From: an uncultured Anaerolineae bacterium
GTDB lineage: Bacteria; Chloroflexota; Anaerolineae; JAADDB01
Assembly (NCBI GenBank): GCA_964402285.1
Contig: CAYOAZ010000043.1
Location: 40,524-104,523, forward strand
Direction of reading: 5' to 3'
DNA: 64,000 nt
In this document: piece after piece, positions 1-9,039 of the stretch
How positions within the stretch are numbered: position 1 is the first letter of the stretch
Layout: every line of letters begins with the position of its first letter
Translations under genes and position numbers: made by a program
Notes under the pieces: generated by a model
Databases searched by the model: none
What the model was told of the DNA's origin: nothing
What the model saw: only the letters and a program-made list of their open reading frames with translations

Positions 1-399
1 TTGGATGTGTTTCCGGGTATTGAGCGCTCTGTGACGTATTGGGATGTTCGGTTGATGGTTGACACTCTTGAGCGTATTTCGGCTGAAAAGGTCACTGACT
101 GGCACGAAGTTGCTGTAGATGCTGTGTTGACACCGCAGGACGATGTGTTGCGGTGGTATTTGCGCGAATTCAAACATCTAAGGGAAGTTCCCAGCGTCAA
201 GAGCATTACATCCCCAGTAGCAATTACCCATCCCGGGATTGCAGAACTTTCTGGATATACAGGGATGGATTGGGTCGTGGAAATTCAAGGCTTGCCAACA
301 GACTTGGACGGGAGTTTTTATCATTGGTGGTTGTACCGTGAAGCGAAATCACTCCCACAAGAGGAGCGGGTAATCCTATGGGTGACATCTGAGCAGTAA
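1..399 (+). CDS. Hypothetical protein, 5'-truncated at the window edge (C-terminal 132 aa)
   Basis: Open frame running in from the window edge. No recognisable motif. It lies directly upstream of, and on the same strand as, the GT-C/NHL gene. Confidence 0.45.
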   Translation: MDVFPGIERSVTYWDVRLMVDTLERISAEKVTDWHEVAVDAVLTPQDDVLRWYLREFKHLREVPSVKSITSPVAITHPGIAELSGYTGMDWVVEIQGLPTDLDGSFYHWWLYREAKSLPQEERVILWVTSEQ

Positions 400-449
400 G
401 GCGTTACTCAACTCCTGATTTTACCCCGCATGGATGGAGGTTATGTCCT

Positions 450-3400
450 ATGGTACCACATGGTGCGCAGGAGAAACGAGCAAGGGCACTTTGGGATCGC
501 TGGCTCGTGTGGAATAGCGAAATTATCGCGTATGTGACAATTGGCGTGCTGGCTTTTATTAGCCGGTTGTGGATGCTTGGTGCCCGCACTATGAGCCATG
601 ATGAGAGTTTACACGTGGTATATTCATGGAATTTGTTTGCGGGCAAGGGGTTTGAGCATTCGCCCATGATGCATGGGCCATTTCTGTTTCACTTGAACGC
701 GTTTATTTACTTTCTTTTTGGAGATACGGATGCGACGGCACGTCTGGGGCCTGCTCTATTCGGAATCGCACTGGTGTTGTTTCCTGTGCTCTTGCGACCC
801 TGGATAGGGCGGCTAGGGGCTATCTGTGCTTCCGTTCTGATGCTCTTGTCCCCGGCTATTTCGTATCATTCACGCTACATCCGCCACGACATTTATGCTG
901 CATTTGGGGCTGTTGTTTTATTCTATTTTGTGTTCCGCTATTTACACCGCCAAGAGAATCGATGGTTATACCTGAGTGCCGTGTCCTTTGCTTTCTTGCA
1001 AATTACAAAGGAAGTATCGTTCATTTACGGGGTGATAGTGGGGGGCTTTTTGGTGTTAATGTGGGTTGCCGATGTCGTGAAAGGGGACCCTGTGGCGCGC
1101 AAGTTGGGTCCTCATCCGGCGTTGGACTTGGCGATTCTCTTGTTCGCTCTTGTGTTGCCCTTTGCCACTCCTTTTCCAGTTAAATTCCTTTTGGGGGCCA
1201 ATCCCACAGATTATTCCAGCGCAGGGATAATGCGCTCTGCGATTGTGTTCTTTGTTCTGCTCATTCTGAGCAGTTTTCTCGGGTATTGGCGCTTTGGGCA
1301 GCGGTGGTTTATTGCGGCTGGCTTGTTTTACGCTATTGACACTGTTTTCTTTACCACATTTTTTACGAATTACAAGGGACTCGGAACAGGGTATGTGGGC
1401 TCCCTGGGGTATTGGCTGGAACAACAGGGTGTGAAACGAGGTGGGCAGCCCTGGTATTATTACTTGCTCCTTATTCCGGAATATGAATTTTTGCCCCTTT
1501 TGCTGAGTTTGGGCGGGATTTTGGCGTGGGCGCGAGGCCGTCCCCGGCCAGATGAGGAAGGTCCAGATCCGGCGTATTCCCGTGATGAGCGCTACACGTT
1601 TGTCACATTTCTTGTGTGGTGGTTCTGGATGACGTGGTTAATGTACACGTGGGCAGGGGAAAAGATGCCGTGGCTTGCCGTACACTTTGCGGTCCCGTTC
1701 AGCATCCTGGGCGGGTGGTTTATCGGCCGATTGTTGTCCTTGCTCGATTGGCGCAGTATTCGCGAACACGCGGCGCTTTGGACTCTGTTGGTCGTGCCCC
1801 TGGCCTTATACTTTTTCCTGCGCGTTGTACGAACTCGACCGTTTGCCAGTAAGCAATTAACTGACCTTCAGGCCACAGTTGGGTGGCTCTTTGCTTTGGG
1901 TTTACTTCTATTCTTAATAGGCTGGTTGTACACACGGTGGATAGCATTGGGTTCCAGTACTTTTGTACGCCTCGTTTTTCTCTCGATAACTGCTTTTTTG
2001 ACGTTATGGACTTTACGAGTGAGTTGGTACTTTAATTACATTAATTATGATTATCCTATTGAACAGATGGTTTACGCTCATGGTTCCCCAGATGTTAAGT
2101 TAGTAATGCGACAGATTGAGGATATCTCCCGGCGCATGTATGGGGATTTAAGCGTTGTAGTGCCTTACGATGACGATTCAACCTGGCCTTTGGAGTGGTA
2201 TCTACGCAACTATCCTAATAAGCGCTATTATGCTGCCACTCCAACCAAGGAGACGTTTAAGGATGCTCCGGTCGCTATAGCCGGATCTAAAAATGTGGAT
2301 AAGGTGGAAAATCTCTTAAGGGTTGCCTGGAAAGATGAAGGAGGATTCTATAAGTTCCGCTATCGGCTCATTTGGTGGCCTTTGGAGTCCTATAAAGGAG
2401 GATTGCTCAACAAAGTTCGCGAACTTTTGCAAGATCCGGAGGCGCGAAAGCGGTTGATAGATGCTGTGTTGTGGCGGAAGTATCAATACCCGACAACGGA
2501 TTGGCCTTTCCGACACGATTTCTATTTCTTCGTACGAGCAGATGTCGCCCAAAAGATGTGGGATTTTGGCATTCCTATCGGCACTGGCGCCCAAGAGAAG
2601 GAGAGTGTGGCCCCCTCTCAATCTGCATATGAGCGGGCTTTTCGGACAATTACTGCAACTCGTCGGTTGGGTGGTCCGGGTACGGCTCTTGGCCAATTGC
2701 AATTTCCGAGAAATGTGGCCATCGGCCCCGATGGAAGTATCTATGTGGCCGATTCCGGCAATCATCGCATCGTGAAGTTCTCCGCAGATGGCCGACCAGT
2801 AAAAATGTGGGGCGAAAAAGGTGATGGGCCCGGACAGTTCAACGAGCCCTGGGGGCTGGCTGTTGATTCGGACGGCTTTGTTTACGTAGCGGATACCTGG
2901 AACCACCGCATTCAGAAGTTCGATGGGGATGGGAATTTTATTACGCAATGGGGCCACGCGGTGATGACAGGGGGACAGTTGACAGAGCCGGGAGGCTTTT
3001 TCGGCCCCCGCGCCATTGCTATTGATAAGAAAGGTTTTGTGTACGTGACTGACACGGGGAATAAGCGGGTACAGAAATTTACTCGGGATGGACAATTTGT
3101 GGCCCAATACGGCGGGGCCGGCGTAGATCCAGGACAATTCGATGAGCCTGTCGGGATCGCGATAGGTCCAGATGGTTCTATATACGTGGCGGATACGTGG
3201 AATCAGCGGGTGCAAGTATTTGATGCTCAATTCACGTTTTTGCGCGAGTGGCCTATTGACGGCTGGTATTCAGAATCCGTTGTAAATAAACCTTATATTG
3301 CCGTGGATGCCCAGAACAGGGTATATGTTACTGACCCTGAGAATTATCGTGTCGTAGTGTTCGATGCTCAGGGGAATGTGTTGGTGGTCTTTGGTCAGTA

Positions 3401-3518
3401 TGGCATGGACATGACATCTTTTGCCTTGCCCAATGGGATTGCGCTAGATCAGAAGGGCTTTATTTACGTGGCCGATGCTGATAACCACCGGATTTTGGTT
3501 TTCCCGCCCTTGCCGTGA
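450..3518 (+). CDS. GT-C fold (PMT/ArnT-like, GT39-type) membrane glycosyltransferase fused to a C-terminal six-bladed NHL-repeat beta-propeller
   Basis: 1022-aa ORF. The N-terminal ~500 aa are polytopic membrane with the PMT_2/ArnT-like arrangement. The C-terminal ~320 aa carry six repeats of an NHL-like motif ('IYVADSGNHRIVKF', 'VYVADTWNHRIQKF', 'VYVTDTGNKRVQKF', 'IYVADTWNQRVQVF', 'VYVTDPENYRVVVF', 'IYVADADNHRILVF'). A GGAGG Shine-Dalgarno lies 9 nt before the ATG at 450. Confidence 0.8.
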   Translation: MVPHGAQEKRARALWDRWLVWNSEIIAYVTIGVLAFISRLWMLGARTMSHDESLHVVYSWNLFAGKGFEHSPMMHGPFLFHLNAFIYFLFGDTDATARLGPALFGIALVLFPVLLRPWIGRLGAICASVLMLLSPAISYHSRYIRHDIYAAFGAVVLFYFVFRYLHRQENRWLYLSAVSFAFLQITKEVSFIYGVIVGGFLVLMWVADVVKGDPVARKLGPHPALDLAILLFALVLPFATPFPVKFLLGANPTDYSSAGIMRSAIVFFVLLILSSFLGYWRFGQRWFIAAGLFYAIDTVFFTTFFTNYKGLGTGYVGSLGYWLEQQGVKRGGQPWYYYLLLIPEYEFLPLLLSLGGILAWARGRPRPDEEGPDPAYSRDERYTFVTFLVWWFWMTWLMYTWAGEKMPWLAVHFAVPFSILGGWFIGRLLSLLDWRSIREHAALWTLLVVPLALYFFLRVVRTRPFASKQLTDLQATVGWLFALGLLLFLIGWLYTRWIALGSSTFVRLVFLSITAFLTLWTLRVSWYFNYINYDYPIEQMVYAHGSPDVKLVMRQIEDISRRMYGDLSVVVPYDDDSTWPLEWYLRNYPNKRYYAATPTKETFKDAPVAIAGSKNVDKVENLLRVAWKDEGGFYKFRYRLIWWPLESYKGGLLNKVRELLQDPEARKRLIDAVLWRKYQYPTTDWPFRHDFYFFVRADVAQKMWDFGIPIGTGAQEKESVAPSQSAYERAFRTITATRRLGGPGTALGQLQFPRNVAIGPDGSIYVADSGNHRIVKFSADGRPVKMWGEKGDGPGQFNEPWGLAVDSDGFVYVADTWNHRIQKFDGDGNFITQWGHAVMTGGQLTEPGGFFGPRAIAIDKKGFVYVTDTGNKRVQKFTRDGQFVAQYGGAGVDPGQFDEPVGIAIGPDGSIYVADTWNQRVQVFDAQFTFLREWPIDGWYSESVVNKPYIAVDAQNRVYVTDPENYRVVVFDAQGNVLVVFGQYGMDMTSFALPNGIALDQKGFIYVADADNHRILVFPPLP

Positions 3519-3534
3519 ACTGTGCTTTTTAACA

Positions 3535-3556
3535 GGCCGGAGGAAAGCCTCCGGCC
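3535..3556. terminator. Bidirectional hairpin terminator between convergent genes (GGCCGGAGG-AAAG-CCTCCGGCC)
   Basis: Perfect 9-bp GC-rich stem with a 4-nt loop, lying between the stop at 3518 (+) and the stop at 3556-3558 (-). A short T-rich run follows on the + strand. Confidence 0.55.
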
Positions 3557-5061
3557 TATTCTTCTACTCGAACTTCCACTTCCCATGAGTGCATGAGGTT
3601 CGGTTGGGTTCGGGAACGAGCCATCACCGAGAGTGTGATATGCTCTCCTGGCTGGGCTTGAGCAGGAATTTGTACTCTTAAACTGAATCGAAATTCTTGC
3701 CCTGCTTTAATGGTGGGGGTGTACAGTGGGCCCGTGTGGTAGCACTGGACAACGCAGAGGTTGATTTCCCAGGTGGGACCACTGGTTTGCACGACCCATA
3801 CTTCATAAGCGTCTGGGCGATTACCCGTGTTCAACAAGCGCACCAGGGTCGCGACCTCTTCTCCGGCTTTCCCCGTGAGTGTTGCATTTTTGCCCAGGAG
3901 CGTAAACGTGTATACCGGTGGTGGGGGGGTAGGGGTGGGAGTCGCGGTAGGCAATGGGGTGAGCACTATGAAGGGCGTAGGCGAAGGGGTAGGGGTATAT
4001 GTTGGCGTAGGGGTTATGGTTGGGGTTGGCGTGGGGGTCCACGTGGGCGTGGGAAACCGGGTCGGGGTCCATGTGTAAGTCGGAGTGGGGGTTCGGGTCG
4101 GTGTGGCAGTGGGGGTTGGCGTTCCCCGGACGTGGATGGTCAATGTTCGACGTTCTGTGCGATTGTCCGCTACGGCTTCTAGGGTATAAGAGGTGGCCTG
4201 GGTAGGACAGACTCGTTTAGATCCGTATGTCGGCACGGCTTCTCCATTTAGATAAACGTACCATGCTCCGCGTACGTCCCACGTTAATGTACTGCATTCG
4301 CCGTAATTCACTGTGAACGGTTGTGCTACAAAGGAGCGAATGGTGAGACGGGGCGTGGCTGTGGGGTAAATGTAGATGGTCCACGTCGGGGTGGGGGTCG
4401 GTGATGGACGAGGGGTGGGGGTAGGCAAGGGCGAGAAAATAGGGGGCGTGGGCGGCATAGGGGTAGGCGAAGGTGTTAATCGGGGGAGGGGTGGAGGTGA
4501 GGGAGTAGAGGGTGTGGACATGAGGGGTGGTGTTGGGGAAGGGGGAGGTGTTGTAGTAGGTGATTGTGTGGGGGGAACAAGTGGGGAGCGGGGTGGGGTG
4601 CGCGTAGCCATTAAACCTATGCCCCGAGTAGAAACCTCCACGGTCTTCTCTCCAACCAACACCGGCTGCGAAAGTAAGCGCAATGTCGCGTACAGGGCCG
4701 CGATAGCCAAGCAAACAAAAATAAGACTAAAACCTCCTATCAAGAACACCAAAGAGCCAAATTTCTTAGAACGTCTATATGTCGTCGCGGCTGGCTGTGC
4801 AAGCGTGATAACCCGCGCATTCGTTTCGTTTCTCTCTGTGTCAACCGTTTCAGGATCAGACGAGGGGGAGGTATGGGCTTTGATGTAACGTGGGCAGTGA
4901 ATGTGATTTTCTGAGAGACAGTATTGGTTTTGTTCTGCACGAGAAACGGGCTCGCCATGCCCTGTGGCAAAGCAACGATTTTGGAAACTTGGGTATGTGA
5001 CGTAGGTGTCTGCACCTGCCAAAGAGCCTAAATATGGGCAGGCCCGTGTATTGGATGTCAT
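3556..5061 (-). CDS. Membrane-anchored Pro/Thr-rich protein: Cys/His-containing cytoplasmic N-terminus, one TM helix, then long PT-rich linkers separating small extracytoplasmic domains
   Basis: 501-aa ORF. N-terminal 'CPYLG...C...C...HC' spacing, then a hydrophobic helix 'LVFLIGGFSLIFVCLAIAALYATL', then long (TPTPTP)n-type linkers encoded by imperfect GTNGGN repeats. The overlapping small ORFs on both strands (3697-4182, 3827-4078, 4376-4888 and others) are repeat artefacts. Confidence 0.6.
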   Translation of the reverse strand: MTSNTRACPYLGSLAGADTYVTYPSFQNRCFATGHGEPVSRAEQNQYCLSENHIHCPRYIKAHTSPSSDPETVDTERNETNARVITLAQPAATTYRRSKKFGSLVFLIGGFSLIFVCLAIAALYATLRLLSQPVLVGEKTVEVSTRGIGLMATRTPPRSPLVPPTQSPTTTPPPSPTPPLMSTPSTPSPPPLPRLTPSPTPMPPTPPIFSPLPTPTPRPSPTPTPTWTIYIYPTATPRLTIRSFVAQPFTVNYGECSTLTWDVRGAWYVYLNGEAVPTYGSKRVCPTQATSYTLEAVADNRTERRTLTIHVRGTPTPTATPTRTPTPTYTWTPTRFPTPTWTPTPTPTITPTPTYTPTPSPTPFIVLTPLPTATPTPTPPPPVYTFTLLGKNATLTGKAGEEVATLVRLLNTGNRPDAYEVWVVQTSGPTWEINLCVVQCYHTGPLYTPTIKAGQEFRFSLRVQIPAQAQPGEHITLSVMARSRTQPNLMHSWEVEVRVEE

Positions 5062-5200
5062 GTGGCGATTCCTTAGAGTTACGTGGTATTTTTATCCGTT
5101 ACCCAGAAGATTTTACCTTACAAGTCCCTATTTTTGCTAATATATCTCGTAAGTTGCCAGGTTGCTCTAGAACTTAATGGGTGTTCCAGAGGAGAGGTAC

Positions 5201-5671
5201 GTGAGTGCAAATGTGCTTGTCTTGGGGCTTGGAAATACGTTTCGTCGCGATGATGGATTGGGGGTTCGGGCTGTTGAGCGCCTTCAGCAACGCTATGATC
5301 TTCCAGAAGAGGTTCGTGTTCGCGTTGGGGCGGTTCTAGGGGTGCACCTTCTCTCGGAATTCGAGAATGTCCAGCACCTTATTGTGGTCGATGCTATTCG
5401 GGCTGACGCGCCCCCTGGTACATTGATTCGCCTGGAAGGGACGGAGGTCCCTCACATGTTTACTGCTCGCGTTTCCCTCCACGAACTGGCGCTTTCCGAG
5501 GTGCTTTCTTTGGCCGAAGTGCTGGGCCTTCGTCCGCCCCATGTTGTGGCTCTAGGGCTGGTACCCGAGTCTCTCTCCATGGGGCCCGATTTGTCGCCGG
5601 CAGTTAGAGAACGCCTTGATGTGCTTGTGGAGGCTGTTTGGGAGGAAATTCAATCTTGTCTTGACTCATAA
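5201..5671 (+). CDS. Hydrogenase maturation endopeptidase (HybD/HyaD/HycI family)
   Basis: Collinear similarity to HybD ('VLVLGLGNTFRRDDGLGVRAVERL...LIVVDAI...GT...'). I placed the start at the GTG at 5201, which has a GGAGAGG Shine-Dalgarno 3 nt upstream. The longer ORF from the ATG at 5177 has no Shine-Dalgarno. Confidence 0.8.
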   Translation: MSANVLVLGLGNTFRRDDGLGVRAVERLQQRYDLPEEVRVRVGAVLGVHLLSEFENVQHLIVVDAIRADAPPGTLIRLEGTEVPHMFTARVSLHELALSEVLSLAEVLGLRPPHVVALGLVPESLSMGPDLSPAVRERLDVLVEAVWEEIQSCLDS

Positions 5672-5738
5672 CCCACAAAGGAGGACAAATATATGGGGAT
5701 GAGCGTCTCTGTAAGCGGACGCCCATCCCCATGAGGTT

Positions 5739-6014
5739 TTAGTGAGCGTGGCCGTTATTGCGGTCACGCGTGTAAGGAATGTGACTTTCGGCCTGGGCAA
5801 ACCACTCTGCTGCGCGTGTTCGAGCTTCCTTTGCCCAATCTCGGGCTTGTTGTTCACCTACTTCCTTGGCTTTAGTTACAAGGTGCTGGCCGCGTTGACG
5901 CAGTTCTTCCCGAAGGTGCTGCTGTTCCTCCTCCGGTAGCGATATGCCGATAGCGTATCCCACTCCAGCGCCTATGACAACGCCCAGCCAAAAAGCAAGT
6001 TTTCGCAGGGACAT
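5739..6014 (-). CDS. Small membrane-anchored coiled-coil protein (YtxH-like)
   Basis: 91 aa. N-terminal hydrophobic helix 'LAFWLGVVIGAGVGYAIG' followed by a charged Glu/Arg/Gln-rich helical segment. Confidence 0.4.
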   Translation of the reverse strand: MSLRKLAFWLGVVIGAGVGYAIGISLPEEEQQHLREELRQRGQHLVTKAKEVGEQQARDWAKEARTRAAEWFAQAESHIPYTRDRNNGHAH

Positions 6015-6027
6015 GGCCTCACTCCTT

Positions 6028-6900
6028 TTATGATTCGTCCAGATATTTGCCTACTAATAAGTGTAGGCGCTCTTTGGTTTCTGGTGGGATCTTATCCCGC
6101 GCGGTAATTATAGCATCTTTAAGCGCATTGCTGTAAGGGCTTGGTGGTGCATCTTTGAGGCGACGTACGGCATTAATAACGGCTTGTTTGGCAATCTCTG
6201 CGTTTTGTTGCAACCGCTGAATAACCATTTCCACGGTTACAGGTTCTTCCTCTTCATGCCAAACGTCGTAATCGGTGACGTGAGCCATAATAGCGTAACT
6301 CATCTCTGCTTCCCGGGCCAGGAACGCTTCAGGGATGGCTGTCATGCCAATGATGTCAACACCCCACTGACGAAAGATACGACTTTCTCCCTTCGTGCTA
6401 AAACGCGGTCCTTCGATGATGATGAATGTCCCTCCTTTGTGGACTGTGGCCCCGGTTTCCTTAACGGATTCGTAGAGAATGTCGCTTAAGTAAGGGCACA
6501 GGGGATCGGCGACGCTAACGTGCACCACTAACCCATCGCCAAAGAAGGTTTGTGGAGAGCGGCGGGTGCGGTCAAAAAGTTGGTCGGGGATGACGATGTG
6601 TCCCGGTTCTATCTCTTCCTTCATGGACCCGCAAGCAGAGATGGCGATTAGGTATTCCACGCCCAGGGATTTAAATCCCCAAATGTTGGCCCGACTGTTC
6701 AATTCGTGGGGCATAATACGGTGGCCTCGCCCATGCCGGGCCAAAAAGGCGACGCGTACTCCTTCAATTGTGCCAACAATATAGTTATCCGATGGCGGTC
6801 CGAACGGTGTGTCAATGGAGATTTCTTGTACATCTTGTAGGGCTTCCATCTGGTATACCCCACTACCACCGATAACTCCGATACGAATGGGCTCGTTCAT
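6028..6900 (-). CDS. mtnP: S-methyl-5'-thioadenosine phosphorylase (purine nucleoside phosphorylase family II)
   Basis: 290 aa. 'IGVIGGSGVY', 'RHGRGHRIMPHELNSRANIWGFKSLGVEYLIAISACGS' and 'IGMTAIPEAFLAREAEMSYA' are characteristic MTAP/MtnP motifs. Confidence 0.85.
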   Translation of the reverse strand: MNEPIRIGVIGGSGVYQMEALQDVQEISIDTPFGPPSDNYIVGTIEGVRVAFLARHGRGHRIMPHELNSRANIWGFKSLGVEYLIAISACGSMKEEIEPGHIVIPDQLFDRTRRSPQTFFGDGLVVHVSVADPLCPYLSDILYESVKETGATVHKGGTFIIIEGPRFSTKGESRIFRQWGVDIIGMTAIPEAFLAREAEMSYAIMAHVTDYDVWHEEEEPVTVEMVIQRLQQNAEIAKQAVINAVRRLKDAPPSPYSNALKDAIITARDKIPPETKERLHLLVGKYLDES

Positions 6901-6942
6901 TGTGTCATTCCTCCTTAGTGTGGGCTTTGAACATCGCGGTGT

Positions 6943-8799
6943 TCACTTTATCACTTCATCCAAATTTAATCGTTTAAGTGTTTCTGGCGTTGGGGCTCCT
7001 GTGACCGGATCCCAACCCCGGGCTTCATAGTATTCCGCTAAAATTTGCTCCATGTCGGGCAGGTTTCCCGCGGCTGAGCCATCAGGGCGCGGTTCGTGAG
7101 CCAATCGATAGGGCAATTTGTCTTCAGCGGGTGTGATCCCCAAACGTACGTTTATCAGGCGTTTGAGGTTAAATATGCGTTCACCGGTTCGGAAAACTTC
7201 TTCGATGTCCCAATCCCATCCCAGGGCCTTACGGACAAGTTCTGCAATTTGACCTGGCCCCGTCCGTGCTTTAACGATAAATCGGCACAACCCCAAAGCG
7301 TTGTAAAGTCCAAGATAGTCTTGGTAACGCTTGGCCATCCTGCCCGCTTCTTTGCTGGCCAGCCGGTCTTCATGTGGTTCATAGTAAAGGTCGGGGATTT
7401 TCACCCCGTACCCCTGCCAATAACTGGCAGATTCCATGTGACATGCTCCACGGTTGGCCGTTGCGTAATTGGCCGCCATATCCACAAAAGCCCGTGGGTC
7501 GTGGTAGGGGACCTCAAGTCCTTTGACGTGGACGGCAAATTTCTCACTTTCACGACCGAGTGCTTCGCTCATCCGGCGAACACCATTAGCAAGGAAATCC
7601 CCAAATCCTTCCCGATGGGCAATTTTCTTGACTAAGTGGATGGTGGTTTCCGGGTCCCCCCACCGTAATGTGAGTCCATCTGTGTCATTTGTTGTGAGAA
7701 GCCCGCGTTCGAAGGCTTCGATGGCAAATGCAATGGACGCGGACGTGGAGATGGTGTCCAGGCCATAATCATTACAAAGGGCATTGATGTGAGCGATACT
7801 CTCCAAATCATCGTTAAGTAACATTCCCCCAAACCCGGCCAGCGTTTCGTATTCTGGGCCATGTGTGTGAATTGGCTCGTTGTCCCGGGACAAGGTAACT
7901 GCTTTGCCACACCCTATAGGGCATGCAAAGCAAAATGTGTGCTTATAGAACATCGTTTCCACGATTTTCTGGCCTGAAATGTATTCAGAACGTCCCCACG
8001 TGCCATCCCGCCAATTACGCAGTGGCAAGTCACCGTATTCTTCGGCGGCCGGCACACCACCAGCCGTTCCCAGAGCGCTGAGTCCCGCGCCATATTCCTT
8101 GATTGCGGCATTGGCTGCTCGCACCCAGGCTCGAAAGGCGTTGGCATCGGCATATTGGGGGCGCTGGTTGCCTCGCACCACAATCGCTTTCAAGTTCTTA
8201 CTCCCCATAATGGCTCCCATGCCAGTCCGCCCGGCGGCGCGTGGGTGCTCTATTCCTCCTTGCATAACGGCCGCATATAAAACGCGACGTTCTCCGGCCA
8301 CACCAATACAGGCTATTTGGGCTTTCGGATCGGTCTCTGCCCGCAGTGTCTCAAACGTTTCAAAGTGATTCTTCCCCCACACGTGCCCAGCCGAACGTAT
8401 TTCCACCGTACCCGCCCGCCCATCAATCCATATGTACACCGGCTCATCGGCTTTGCCTTCGATGACTAATCCGTCGTAACCGCTAAATCGAAGTTCTGCT
8501 CCCCAATGCCCTCCCATATTGGATTCTCCCCAAATGCCGGTTAATGGGGAGCGAGAACACCATGCGGAACGACACCCTGTTGGCGCAAATGTACCACTGA
8601 AAAGGCCGTTAAATACATAAAGGGCATTCTGTGGATCAAAGGGAGCAATCGAGGGGTCGAATCGTTGCCAAAATAACCATGCCGCATATCCACTTCCCAG
8701 GCCAAAACGTTGGACATCTTTCTCGGAGATGGGAACGACATTCCATGTGCGGCGCGTTAAGTCGATGTGCAAATATCGGCCAGCGTATACGTTGGGCAT
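6943..8799 (-). CDS. Tungsten-containing aldehyde:ferredoxin oxidoreductase (AOR family), paralog 1
   Basis: 618 aa. AOR N-terminal domain ('GRYLHIDLTRRTW...'), the Cys cluster ligand region and the C-terminal AOR domains are present. It is divergent from paralog 2 across a 240-bp spacer. Confidence 0.85.
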   Translation of the reverse strand: MPNVYAGRYLHIDLTRRTWNVVPISEKDVQRFGLGSGYAAWLFWQRFDPSIAPFDPQNALYVFNGLFSGTFAPTGCRSAWCSRSPLTGIWGESNMGGHWGAELRFSGYDGLVIEGKADEPVYIWIDGRAGTVEIRSAGHVWGKNHFETFETLRAETDPKAQIACIGVAGERRVLYAAVMQGGIEHPRAAGRTGMGAIMGSKNLKAIVVRGNQRPQYADANAFRAWVRAANAAIKEYGAGLSALGTAGGVPAAEEYGDLPLRNWRDGTWGRSEYISGQKIVETMFYKHTFCFACPIGCGKAVTLSRDNEPIHTHGPEYETLAGFGGMLLNDDLESIAHINALCNDYGLDTISTSASIAFAIEAFERGLLTTNDTDGLTLRWGDPETTIHLVKKIAHREGFGDFLANGVRRMSEALGRESEKFAVHVKGLEVPYHDPRAFVDMAANYATANRGACHMESASYWQGYGVKIPDLYYEPHEDRLASKEAGRMAKRYQDYLGLYNALGLCRFIVKARTGPGQIAELVRKALGWDWDIEEVFRTGERIFNLKRLINVRLGITPAEDKLPYRLAHEPRPDGSAAGNLPDMEQILAEYYEARGWDPVTGAPTPETLKRLNLDEVIK

Positions 8800-9039
8800 G
8801 GGCGCCTCCTTTGCGTTGCGGCTTGCTGTGTTTCCTTGCGGCCGGGTACGCTGTAAAAACTCGGGCTATCTTCCAAGTGTGCTTATTATACCCACATTGG
8901 AGAGGGGTTTACAATTGCGCCTGTTATTGCATTCGCGTTATACTATGGCGACTTCCGTAGATGTTGTGAGGTGTACCCCAGAAACGTTGTTTTAAATTTC
9001 TCGGGCCCAGCGTATCTTTCTAACGAAGGAGGTGCTCTT

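Noticed and set aside
2316-3230. 304-aa ORF antisense to the NHL-repeat region
   Set aside because: It is fully embedded antisense in a well-supported coding region. It has no start context, and its translation has no motif.
3900-4140. CRISPR-like periodicity in the repeat tracts (also 58856-59074)
   Set aside because: The repeats are imperfect 6-nt coding repeats (Pro-Thr codons) without spacers. No cas genes are present. This is not CRISPR.
3697-4888. Several 60-170 aa ORFs on both strands inside the PT-rich gene (3697-4182, 3821-4072, 3827-4078, 4020-4205, 4217-4714, 4376-4888)
   Set aside because: They lie entirely within the GC-rich GTNGGN repeat tracts of the 3556-5061 gene. Their translations are Gly/Val/Arg low-complexity. 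They are frame artefacts.
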